NCBI RefSeq assembly: GCF_018977255.1
Contig: NW_024704755.1
Span: 6,882,001 to 6,946,000 of the forward strand
Source of the DNA: Callorhinchus milii
Lineage: Eukaryota
Reading direction: 5' to 3'
DNA: 64,000 nucleotides
A program made the translations under genes and the position numbers. Of this stretch, positions 15,501-24,365 are shown one piece after another. The notes under the pieces are model-generated. The model made no database searches. It was not told the origin of the DNA and was given only the letters and a program-made list of their open reading frames with translations. Positions within the stretch are counted from its first letter, which is position 1, and every line of letters starts with the position of its first letter.

Positions 15501-16646
15501 TATCAGAGGGAAGTTTTATGTCGAACTATCTGTGATATATTTTCACAACTTTGTTGCCCCTCTTATCCCAATGGGTCAGAAGAAACTTCCACAAAAAATG
15601 TAAACAAACCTCAAAATCCAGATAATCTGATGCTTTTCTTTAACTGTGGTATAATCAATGTTTTAGATGTTTAGTAACGAGAGCTGCTCAATTAAGAAAC
15701 TGCACACACAACTATATCTAGATACTTTTTTATGAAAATCAAAGCCATAACCTTTTTTTAAAGGAATTGATAATGATTAACATTTGACTGAAGATTACAT
15801 ATATACAGGCTGTTATTCTAGCTACATTCTTGTATTTAGATCCAAGCATTTAAGGAAGACAATGACCAGAGATAATAGCATGCCGAAATTTGATGAACAC
15901 TTAATTCATCAGGTAAGAAAATTGATTGATCTTGTAGTCATGAAAATGTGTAAAATACAAGAGTATGATGAGCATATTTTACAAACTGAACATTGCAAAT
16001 ATCCATGAGTAACTGTTTTATGTGTTAAATATTGCATCTGAATGAGGATGGATTTTTTTTGTCTTGTTAAGATGTCTTATTCCAATCGGTCATCCTGTTC
16101 TACAATTGGAAATTACCACACATTCAAAATACAGTACTGTGTTCGAATCACACAAAGAATTCATGGAACTATCGGCATTATCTTTTCGGCGGTGTTTTAT
16201 TAACAAAAAGAATAAACTGCTGTGAATAAGAGATTACTGAAAGCATCTAATTTTACAATTCACGAAGATGGTCTCTCTCTCTCGCTCTGTTTTGTGTGTA
16301 TTGTACTTTCACAGTATTTATACGATGTGTTCTCATCTGGTCCCAACAGTTAGCAATCAAGACATTTGATAAAGGGAAATTGAAACGAGTCAAAACAGTG
16401 GATCATAGCGGACCATCACTTTTCCATTCTGAAGTTGACGGTGAGAATGAGAAAGAAATGCTGGTGTCTCCAAACAGCAGGACAGAGTCTGGGTATCTGG
16501 GTGCACGGCGCACAGTTTCATTGAGCTATTTACCCAATGAATTGAACGATGTAAACAGCAACACAGAATTCGTAGGGAATTGCAGACTTTCTTCAAAGGT
16601 TTCACCCGATTTAGGGGACGCAAGGGTTGGCAACCACAGAAAATAA
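390..16646 (+). CDS. ANKRD27: ANKRD27 / VARP (VPS9 domain and ankyrin repeat protein), 3' part, 18 coding exons; 5' exons lie upstream of the window
   Basis: Exons 390-522, 1764-1856, 2856-2983, 3750-3832, 4024-4139, 4460-4552, 4982-5179, 6656-6715, 7125-7241, 8341-8385, 10484-10600, 10721-10918, 12194-12313, 12583-12756, 14538-14652, 15108-15195, 15840-15912, 16350-16646. All are AG/GT bounded and splice in phase. They encode the VPS9 C-terminus (MANLSYVKNFRF..DELGYCLTSFEAAVEYI), two CHPLCxCxxC Zn motifs and two ankyrin blocks. Confidence 0.96.
1764..1856 (+). CDS. ANKRD27: ANKRD27 exon
   Basis: tag|GGT...TTT GAG|gtaaa; GSGDLNDKVFFRQRMNLLSQLSTAPIDFLFE. Confidence 0.9.
2856..2983 (+). CDS. 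ANKRD27: ANKRD27 exon, first Zn-fingernail motif
   Basis: cag|CAT...TCA GG|gtaag; HIAAGNRAEVEALLSQGENVEDHVQKMCHPLCFCDNCEKLVSG. Confidence 0.93.
3480..3568 (+). mobile_element. SINE tail fragment
   Basis: AAAGCATTTTGAGACG...ATATCAAATGCAAGG(ATT)n. Confidence 0.65.
3750..3832 (+). CDS. ANKRD27: ANKRD27 exon, ankyrin repeat
   Basis: tag|G AGG ATG...TGC G|gtaag; RMNDPSIVTPFSRDDRGYTPLHVASLC. Confidence 0.92.
4024..4139 (+). CDS. ANKRD27: ANKRD27 exon, ankyrin repeat
   Basis: aag|GC CAA...GTG ACA|gtgag; QATLIDLLISKGGTVNAIDYHGFTPLHLSCQKGYQNVT. Confidence 0.92.
4460..4552 (+). CDS. ANKRD27: ANKRD27 exon, ankyrin repeat
   Basis: cag|TTG...GAA GAT|gtaag; LLLLHYSASSEVQDNNGNTPLHLACMYGHED. Confidence 0.92.
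4982..5179 (+). CDS. ANKRD27: ANKRD27 exon, ankyrin repeat
   Basis: cag|TGT GTC...TCT AAG|gtcag; CVKALVYYD...GDSPLHIAARWGYDGIIEVLLENGA...ETPLQCALNSK. Confidence 0.93.
5810..6093 (+). mobile_element. CR1 LINE 3' end
   Basis: TTTTACACAG...TGGAATGCATTGCCTGAAAGGGTGGTGGAAGC...GATGGGCCGAATGGCCTCCTTCTGTGCTGT...ATTCTATGATTCTAT tail. Confidence 0.85.
6656..6715 (+). CDS. ANKRD27: ANKRD27 exon
   Basis: cag|ATA TTA...CCC GAG|gtaat; ILDLLEITHIGNDRRQSVPE. Confidence 0.85.
7125..7241 (+). CDS. ANKRD27: ANKRD27 exon, Ser-rich linker
   Basis: tag|TCC...AAA GAG|gtaaa; SSIRSQSSTDAGSQKSSVSSLSSTSVEVRHEEDKGRYKE. Confidence 0.83.
7640..7760 (-). mobile_element. SINE 3' fragment in ANKRD27 intron
   Basis: AATAATCCTTGCAGTTGATATA...CTCAAAGCGCTT...GAAACGCGG. 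Confidence 0.7.
8341..8385 (+). CDS. ANKRD27: ANKRD27 exon
   Basis: cag|GTA GAA...GAG ATG|gtgag; VEKLLRAVADGDLEM. Confidence 0.92.
10484..10600 (+). CDS. ANKRD27: ANKRD27 exon, second Zn-fingernail motif
   Basis: tag|GTA CGT...CAA AAG|gtata; VRYLLEWMDDEPEEEDEPVLKSEFCHPLCQCPKCEPAQK. Confidence 0.93.
10721..10918 (+). CDS. ANKRD27: ANKRD27 exon, ankyrin repeats
   Basis: tag|AAA CTT...CCA CAG|gtaag; ...[31 protein letters not shown]...TALHLICQHNEPQ. Confidence 0.93.
11003..11231 (+). mobile_element. L2 LINE 3' end
   Basis: TCCTTCAAGGCCGGTCTCAAAACCTTTCTCTTT (SFKAGLKTFLF) then CAGCGCCTTGGGACGTCCTCCCGACGTGAAGGCGCGCTATAAATG and (TTG)n tail. Confidence 0.75.
12194..12313 (+). CDS. ANKRD27: ANKRD27 exon, ankyrin repeat
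   Basis: cag|ATA GTG...CTA GAG|gtagg; IVKYFLDYNAKLNKKDSYGNTPLLHACLRGHLEVAELLLE. Confidence 0.92.
12583..12756 (+). CDS. ANKRD27: ANKRD27 exon, last ankyrin repeat (alternative in-frame donor at 12744 possible)
   Basis: cag|CAT GGC...GGA AAG|gtaag; HGASINLTNNQGNTALHEAVKGKHETLVNLLLTYGG...TPIDCAEE(VCGK). Confidence 0.88.
13933..14128. mobile_element. L2-like tail (-) adjoining SINE 3' fragment (+)
   Basis: CAACAAC...ATTTATAGAGCGCCTTTCAC then TTTCGCCCACAAAA...GTGAAGCGCTTTGAGACG...CAAATGCAAGGATT. Confidence 0.7.
14538..14652 (+). CDS. ANKRD27: ANKRD27 exon, start of C-terminal tail
   Basis: cag|AAT ATG...AAA C|gtaag; NMELLKTLQRVSAHVTEMDGIPRLNTDRKNLPENVKKK. Confidence 0.82.
14741..14802. repeat. 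Perfect 29 bp inverted repeat with 4 nt spacer
   Basis: CAATCTAGGGTAAAGCAGTTTTTATTCAT-cgtc-ATGAATAAAAACTGCTTTACCCTAGATTG. Confidence 0.95.
15108..15195 (+). CDS. ANKRD27: ANKRD27 exon, C-terminal tail (helix of WH2-like motif 1)
   Basis: pyrimidine tract, tag|CT GAT...AAT AA|gtaag; phases 1/2 fit both neighbours; DIFVKQTEAVDELTRGRTQLVNSINKFN. Confidence 0.75.
15840..15912 (+). CDS. ANKRD27: ANKRD27 exon, C-terminal tail
   Basis: tag|A TCC AAG...CAT CAG|gtaag; SKHLRKTMTRDNSMPKFDEHLIHQ. Confidence 0.78.
16350..16646 (+). CDS. ANKRD27: ANKRD27 terminal coding exon
   Basis: cag|TTA GCA ATC...TAA; LAIKTFDKGKLKRVKTVDHSGPSLFHSE...VGNHRK*; followed by an AT-rich 3' UTR. Confidence 0.78.
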   Translation, partial: LAIKTFDKGKLKRVKTVDHSGPSLFHSEVDGENEKEMLVSPNSRTESGYLGARRTVSLSYLPNELNDVNSNTEFVGNCRLSSKVSPDLGDARVGNHRK

Positions 16647-17258
16647 ATTTCACTGCAATTTAGGGGACAAGAAATGTGTGGAAACAAAACACTTTCCTGG
16701 AAACAAAAAGGTAGGACTTGTGCAGGTGCTGTTCAAGAAAGGACTTTATCTGTCAATATATTTGTTCTTCTGTCAGTCTTGTAAGACTACAACTATGAAG
16801 CAAAAAGCACCGTTAAATTGAAAAAAAATAGCACTTCCACTGTGAGGTTACAAAGGGGAAAAGCACTTCCACTGTTAATGTATTACAATATTTTTTTGCA
16901 CTTGACTATTAGGGAATTGATGCTTTGTCCACGTTAGCTGCTGCATTGTACGCCATAAACATGCAATCTGTATTATGTGTGTGTATAATATATATATATA
17001 TGAAAAATATCACTGCTAGGCTGTTTGGGAATTTAGATTTTAATGCCAAGATTCTAAAATAGAGACCATTCAAATCTTATGAAAATGTATTTTTTAAATG
17101 CTGGTCTACCTTTCTATAAAGCACATACTAAACTTGTGTTTCCATTGATGTCTGTATTTTTCAAGAGACCTTTCTATAACAATGTAATAATGTGTGCCTT
17201 ATTTAATTTGTAAATGTGCTTAAGGAATGTTACTCTTCGTGTAAACAAATGACTAAAT

Positions 17259-17272
17259 ATTAAAACAATAAA
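17259..17272 (+). terminator. Probable ANKRD27 polyadenylation signal
   Basis: ATTAAA (17259) and AATAAA (17267) followed by GT-rich TTGGGTTTTTTGG, ~620 nt after the stop codon. Confidence 0.6.
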
Positions 17273-17462
17273 ACTTGGGTTTTTTGGAAAAGTTGTTTCA
17301 AACATTTCTTCAGAGTTTAAATGACTTCTTGGTGGCATATTAAATTGCTGTGAAGATCCATCCTAGCATTTCAATAGATTTGCTGAGGTTGACTCCATAT
17401 TGACTTGAAATTTCATTAATAATCAAAATGCTAATCGATGCTACTTCATTGTGCACCTATTT

Positions 17463-17764
17463 AATTCCTTGCATTTGATATAGCGCTTTTCACGTCGGGA
17501 GGACGTCCCAAAGCGCTTCACAGAACACACTGTAAAGTGAATTGACTATATTTGTGAGCGAACGCGGCAGCCAATTGCGCACAGTAATGTCCCACAAACA
17601 GTCGTGGATTGAAGATGACCAATTTATTATTGTTTTTGGTTTTGGAGGGATTATTATGTGTGTGGAGTAAGGAAACTTGCCCAAGGTTTCGCCCTCTGCC
17701 TGGAATTGAACTCCGGTCTCTCGCTTGCAAAGCGAGTGCTCGAACCACTGAGCTATAGGACTCC
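17463..17764 (-). mobile_element. Near full-length SINE, same family
   Basis: Reverse complement aligns by eye head-to-tail with 20856-21175. Confidence 0.88.
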
Positions 17765-19766
17765 TAATTTCCTGTTATGATTTGCAAACCATATTCATCT
17801 GTAGTAAAATCCATCTGATGCTAATTAAATCTTCACTGTCTTTTGTAGTTGTAATATAACTCTGAAGTTTGCTTGAACTCAAGCTTGACAACATTGTATT
17901 GTGTGGAAGGTGATTATGATAAGTGGTTCTTTCATTAATTGGTCTTGTCATATTCCTGAGGATAATGACCTGTTTTGTTAAGCACTTAAGTACTTTGAAG
18001 AGAAACTGGGTTGATAGCATTATCTTCCAATTAATAGGTGAGCTAAGGTCACTGTTCCAGTCTTATCCCTTAGAGCATAGGCCTTAAAACGGTAAAGAAG
18101 ATGACCTGTGACACCTTCAGCAATGGCTTTCATATGAGTTTAATTGTTGCTGCCTGAAATTCATGCTCGATAGATATAGCAATATTTCAGTTGCAAGAAG
18201 TAACTTCAATCCAGAGCATGGTTGCTATGAAGCACATCTTTATTTATTCATGGGCACTGAGGTGCAGATTAAATTAAGATTTAAAAAAAAATACAGCACA
18301 AAACTGTGCTATCTTAATATTTAACTATAAACTGATGAGAGTAAACTTACTGTTGCACTCAAGAGTACAACTCAGATATACAAGTTGTTTGCATGAAACC
18401 CCAACTTCACACAAGAGCTGCTTTTGGTAGATACATTTTCCAATGTGCCAACAACTTAATTCAAACTTAAATGAAATAAAACCCATGGAAGTTTATTATA
18501 GACACTAATGAGAGGCATAACACCCTTAGTACGTTTGTAATAGATCCTGGTTATTGTTCTTGGGTGATGGTGGGGTGTTTGGCAAATAACAAATGCCTAC
18601 ATTAAGATTATGCAACAATTTGTGCTTGTAATCCTGAGACTGTGGATCAGGATGATTAGCTGCCTAGAGAAATACCACCACACTGTCTGCTATCACAATA
18701 GCAGTGAACTGTGAGTTTGACGACCTATTCTGAATCTGCTTGTAGGGTCACAGTCCTCCTCCCAAATGGATTGTATGCCACTGCGTAAAAAACTCAAAAC
18801 ACCCATCTGGCACTGAAATGTGGGCTTGTGCCTCTTACTCTTAAAGACAAGTGGTTTTGTTCAGCATTTCTACTTAATGACACAAACCTGTAGAATTTTC
18901 TTGCTTGTGATTTTGCCATTTAAAGTCGTAAAGCTGCAATGTTCTGTTCCCAGCTGTTAAAAACTTGAATCAAACCGATATCTCGTTTCAACACTAGTCC
19001 ATTAGAAACATACTTGCTGATTAATAAGGACTCAGTTGACAAGCAATTCAATAAATATTCAAACCAAACTTCAATTTAGTTAAAACATATTGAACGTGGT
19101 TTTGTTATTGCACAGCGTAATTGTGCCCAAGTTACACTAAAGTCCAAACAGGCTGTGATCATCTTGTCACAAATGCATTACAAAAGCAGAATGTGCATGC
19201 TGATTAGATGTGCATACAACTAATGACACTCTGCAACACTGCAATGGTTATGTTGGGATGAGCACTAGAAGGAAAGGCCATAGAAAGCTATAGAAGAGAA
19301 CATAGGCTCATCTCCTGTCTGTTGTCAATTCCAGAGCTACTTTCACTTCTAAGGAAAAGGCAAATGGTTATGGCTGTGCGACCTGTTCTAAACATATTCT
19401 TGTTTTGTGTTGTAGTAATCCACTCTAAATGATGGGTTCAAGCCATGTAGTTTATAAGAACAATAGATATTTAATTATTTCAAACTCATTGTTTCTTTAT
19501 ACAATGGCATATTTTGCCTCTTTGCATTTCTGAATGTTTCAATGAATATCATTATAGCAACCACTTGCATGAACTCCTATCAGCAAAAAGCAATTGGGAG
19601 CTTCGGGCGAGATAATATACACACTTCTGTTTCCATTATGTTCCAATAGCTGAAGGAATCAATAAAACAAATGCAAAAATCCCCAAACACAAACAGTTAT
19701 GAATTCGCAGATCACCGACTATATTGCAAGTTTGCAGCCAGATGTGTTACAGAAACATTAAACAAG

Positions 19767-19870
19767 GCGGGATGGGGGAGAGGGGGGCGGATGGGGGAGA
19801 GGGGGGCGGATGGGGGAGGGGGCNNNNNNNNNNNNNNNNNNNNNNNNNGGGGGGAGTGGGGGGTGGGAGC
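19767..19870. repeat. G-rich minisatellite (GGATGGGGGAGAGGGGGGC), reverse complement of the 23697-24365 array, interrupted by a 25-N gap
   Basis: Units seen directly; N run at 19824-19848. Confidence 0.85.
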
Positions 19871-20138
19871 GGCAGAAGGTGCGGTCGAAGAGATAAGTCT
19901 TGAGACAAGTCTTTGAAATCAGAGGGGAATGAGGTGAAGCAAAAGTGTTTCCGGGGCTGTGGCGGACGGTCGAGACCCCGAGAGACAGACGCCCTCTGAC
20001 GGTGGAGTTGAACGGGGGCCGAGCTCTGAGGGTCTGTGTCCACCCGCGAGGCCCGAACCCCGGGTCCCGCTTCCCATCAGCGGCTTCTCCTTCCTCCGGT
20101 CTCCCCCCCCACACCACCCCCCCCCCGGCGGCCCTTAC

Positions 20139-20204
20139 CCCGCGTTGAGCCTGAAGCTCAGACAACCTCTGGCGCCGGATCGCCTCCAACTCCTCGTCCG
20201 CCAT
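20139..20204 (-). CDS. PDCD5: PDCD5 exon 1 (opposite strand to exons 2-6)
   Basis: Minus strand ATG GCG GAC GAG GAG TTG...CGC GGG|gtaag; MADEELEAIRRQRLSELQAQRG, 66 nt, phase 0, inside a CpG island. Confidence 0.93.
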
Positions 20205-20611
20205 CGCCGTCGCTCGCGTCGCATCCGGCGGCGCGTTTCGACCCGCGGCTCCCGGCGCAGCGCACCCCGGCGGCCACCGCGGGAACCACAGCGGCGCCCT
20301 GTCCAGCGCAGCGCAGCGCAGCGGAACGGCACCGACGGCCGAACCGCAGCTCAGCCGCGCAGCGCCCTCCAGCGGCCACCAGGCAGCACAGCAGCACAGC
20401 AGCACAGCACAGTAAAGGTTATTTTCCCCCCAAATAAAAAAAAAGAACCCATGTGGTTGGGAGTTTTTCTTGGCCACTGAGACCCACACTGAAGGCGCGC
20501 AGTCGTTTTAAACTCCAGCCCACGAAACACGCCCTTTACAAATCAATTCACGGTGCGCCTCGGGGGGGGGGGTCCCGGCGCGCGCGTCCCCTGACGCAGG
20601 CGGTGACCCCA

Positions 20612-20695
20612 TCAACAACAACAACAACAACAACCACAACAAGATTCCATTCGTAGAGCGGCGTCCGCGCCGGGAGGACGTCCCAAGGCGCCGGG
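20612..20695 (-). mobile_element. L2-like tail with (CAA)n
   Basis: (CAA)n GATTCCATTCGTAGAGCG...CGGGAGGACGTCCCAAGGCGC, reverse complement of the 11170-11231 tail. Confidence 0.65.
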
Positions 20696-20855
20696 CCGTT
20701 GGGTCCGTCGCCGCGCTTTTAAGGATGTCTTATTATTGCGAAGCACTCCGCAAAGGTTGCGCAGCACGGAAACAGCCCACTCGCCCAACTCGTCCACACC
20801 CGGGTGTTTGTCTTCCACATTAAGGTCTCGCTCCTCTCTTGGACGCATCGACCGT

Positions 20856-21175
20856 GGCCTCCTGTAGCTCAGCGGTTCGAGCACTCGCTTTGCAAGCGAG
20901 AGACCTGAGCTCAGTTCCAGGCAGAGGGCGAAACCTCGGGCAAGTTTCCTTACTCCACACACAGAGCCTAATAATAATCCCTTCAAAACCCAAAACAATA
21001 ATAAATTGGTCATTTTCAATCTACGGCTGTTTGTGGGACATTGCTGTGCGCAATTGGCTGCCGCGTTCGCCCGCAAATATACAGTCAATTCACTTTACAG
21101 TGTGTTCTGTGAAGCGCTTTGGGATGTCCTCCCGACGTGAAAAGCGCTATATCAAATGCAAGAATTATTATTATT
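20856..21175 (+). mobile_element. Near full-length tRNA-derived Deu-domain SINE
   Basis: tRNA-like head TCCTGTAGCTCAGCGG...CTCGC TTTGCAA GCGAG; Deu-like core TGTTTGTGGGACATTGCTGTGCGCAATTGGCTGCCGCG; L2-like tail AAGCGCTTTGGGATGTCC...GCGCTATATCAAATGCAAG(ATT)n; many copies in the window. Confidence 0.88.
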
Positions 21176-22342
21176 TTTATTACATAATTCTGATTCAACC
21201 GTCACTTCAGGCAGCGAGTTCGCTCTCCTCTGTGTGAAGTGGCCTTCGCGCGACGTTGTTTCTTGTTCCTTTTGAGCTTATTTGGAAGATTTTATTAAAG
21301 CGCGTTTCTTTTTGTTGCACACTTCATTTTCGAAGCATTCAATTCTATTATTATCCATTTTTTTTCCCCTTCTTATCCAGCCTTTCTTGGCTGGGAAAAT
21401 GCGTAGGCTTCAGAAAAGCACAACCTGATTTTTAATAAAGCCGTTAGTTCACGTTCAAAGTGGCTGAACATTTTTAACCCGAACGCCAGAGGGCATCACC
21501 AATACTGCTACAGATATAAAATCCATTTCCCTTGTAACTCAGGAACCAAAACTTCAGCCAAACTCCTTTTCTTCTAATAAAAAGTGCAGAGTTTCTACTC
21601 TGGCTGCTGCGAATGCTAATTTTGTAATAGATGAACATTGAATTCATTAAAATATTGTGTTGAGATTTTGGCTGATCTGCATTTCAAAGATCTGTGATGC
21701 TGAACATCTGGAAACATGAATTATTTTGTTGGAAAATACTCTGTGAACTGTTGCCAGATAGATGTTCAAGAAAATAAACCTTTAGGATAATTTGATTAAT
21801 GATAGAGTATATTTCCCCAAAAAAATAACATGGTATAAAACCGAAGCACTGTTTCAGCAGCTAGATTCTACTGGTTTAGAGGGATGAACACTTTAAATTT
21901 TAAAAAGTTATACATTTGTTTTAGGAATACAGTTAATATATATTTATGAAATAATCTGAACTTTTTGAGGTTGCTCCAAAATTGCTTTTACTGGTAATTC
22001 CTGCTTTTGGAGATTGTTGTCATTGCTTTGGCGAACGAAAAATACCTGTTTTGCTCAAAAAGCACGAGAAAGGGTTGCAACTGTATTTGTGGAGTGATGT
22101 CTTTCATTATCCTCATTATCCTGTGGTTCATGTTGATGAGACAGAGGTCACCGAGAAAAACTACTGCAAAATGATTCACTTTAGATCCATTTCAGTTTGT
22201 GATAGCGCAGTGGGAAAAATATATGAAACAGGATTTTGACATGATATGATCCCAGGAGGTTTTAATGAAACAATAGTTAAAAAAATGTAAAATGTGTGCG
22301 CTCAGTTCTGATTCTCCATTGTGAATTTGTTCAAATGAAAGT

Positions 22343-22552
22343 AATAATTATAATAATCCTTGCATTTGATATAGCGCTTTTCACGTCTTCTCGACATCTC
22401 AAACTGCTTCACAGAATAGAATGTAAAGTGAATTGACCGTATGTTTGTGGGCGAAACGCGGCAGCCAATTGCGCACAGCAGTGTCCCACAAACAGTCGTG
22501 GATTGAAAATAACCAATATATTATTGTTTTGTTTTTTGGAGGGATTATTATT
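22343..22552 (-). mobile_element. SINE 3' half
   Basis: (TAA)n CCTTGCATTTGATATAGCGC...GGCAGCCAATTGCGCACAGCAGTGTCCCACAAAC. Confidence 0.85.
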
Positions 22553-23696
22553 AAAATCTGCTCAGAGAGTAGTTCAGTTAAGTGAACAGAAATTGAACTC
22601 TTTCCGCTAATTATAAAACCATTGGATTAATGGTTAATAACTGAACAAATGAACCCTCTTGTTTCTCTCAGGTAGATGCTTTCCTGTTTAGATCGTACAA
22701 TTTATACCTGTTATTTTCAATAGATTGTCTCTCTTGAACCTCAAAGGCATGAGGGCCAGAATATTTCTGTTTCCACATGTTCACTATTCAAAGCTAATCT
22801 CCTAGCAGCATTTTCTAGCCCTAGCAGCACAGATAGCATTGTGTTGTATGGTGTATTTGTTTATCTCAGACTGCACAGTTCCCTTTATCTTCTCAAATTA
22901 TCTCAACTGGATATGTATCCAGTTATTATTCTACAAGAAGTTATTGCGGTGTGAATTGTTTCTGAGCCAGTTTTCAATTCAGTGTGTTAATTTGCCGTGA
23001 ATACCGTAGGTTTTAGCCTTAACTATTCACTGACTTCCAGTAGATTCGAGAAGCATGATCCATTGGTTATAAATTCATGTTGACTACTTATTGAATTGAT
23101 TGATGGCATCCCTTCTAACGTTTTCAGGTATTCTCCCCACTACAGATGTTAGGCTAACCGGCCTATATATTTAAGATTATGCCTCAGATTGCACTACTGC
23201 AGTATTAAACGCAGGTGGTGCAATTGATCTGGCCCTGTTGAGAAAATCCGTGGGCGGTCGAATAGACTGCTGAAGAGCTTGTAAGCGGAAAGTTTTACAC
23301 TATTGAACAGATAGTCATGTGGATACAGATAGTCACACATGTGCAGAGCTCGCTTCAAGCCCTAGTGGGAGCCTTGACAGCAGGAAATATAAATAAGTCT
23401 GTCCACTCCAATTCACAATTAAAAATAGACATGAGATGTAATGAGCTAATAATTCTTAGGAGTCTAGCAGCTTGCAGCATCTCACATTAGATTCACCTGT
23501 AATATAAATGGGAGTACTGCCACTGACAGTTTCTAGCCTTTGGAAAGTTCAATTCTTGAGCACAAGTGCATTTCCTTTGTTGTAACAGAATTAAAAAAAA
23601 TGGTAATAGTTGTTATTTTTAACTAGTGGAAGAACACAATGATTGGAAAGATTATTATTATTATTATTATTATAAGATGTTCTGAATAAAAGATTC

Positions 23697-24365
23697 GCCG
23701 CCCCCTCTCCCCCATCCGCCTCCCTCTCCCCCATCCGCCTCCCTCTCCCCATCCACCCCCTCCCCCATCCCCCTCCCCATCCCTCCCCATCCGCCCCCCT
23801 CTCCCCCATCCACCCCCTCCCCCATCCCCCCTCCCCCATCCGCCTCCCTCTCCCCCACTCCCCCTCCCCCATCCGCCCCCTCTCCCCATCCGCCCCCTCT
23901 CCCCACTCCCCCCCCCCTCCTCCCCCCACTCCCCCTCCCCTCCCCATCCGCCCCCTCTCCCCCATCCGCTCCCCCCACCTCCCTCTCCCCCATCCGCCCC
24001 CTCTCCCCCATCCCCCCCTCTCCCCCATCCCCCCCCTCTCCCCATCCGCCCCCTCTCCCCATCCGCCTCCCTCTCCCCCATCCGCCCCCTCTCCCCATCC
24101 ACCCCCTCCCCATCCCCCCCCATCCCTCTCCCCCATCCGCCCCCCTCTCCCCATCCACCCCCTCCCCCATCCGCCCCTCCCCCATCCGCCTCCCTCTCCC
24201 CCATCCCCTCCCCCATCCGCCCCCCTCTCCCCCATCCGCCCCCTCTCCCCATCCGCCCCCCTCTCCCCCATCCGCTCCCCCCACCTCCCTCTCCCCCATC
24301 CGCCCCCTCTCCCCCATCCGCCCCCCTCTCCCCATCCGCCCCCTCTCCCCCACCCCCCCCCCTCC
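23697..24365. repeat. C-rich minisatellite, ~18-21 bp unit CCCCATCCGCCCCCTCTC
   Basis: Many degenerate tandem units, seen directly. Confidence 0.92.

Larger units (their letters stand above)
19940..20860. promoter_or_regulatory. CpG island, PDCD5 promoter / exon 1
   Basis: Abrupt GC- and CpG-rich stretch in AT-rich surroundings, containing the PDCD5 start codon. Confidence 0.8.

Noticed and set aside
19758-20489. 243 aa minus-strand ORF as an N-terminally extended PDCD5
   Set aside because: Only the 22 codons from ATG 20204 to the GTAAG donor match PDCD5; the rest is GC-rich UTR and intron and crosses a gap.
20856-20930. tRNA-Ala(TGC)-like sequence, also at 17690-17764 and 47493-47565
   Set aside because: It is the SINE head: it runs directly into SINE body and the acceptor and T arms are degenerate.
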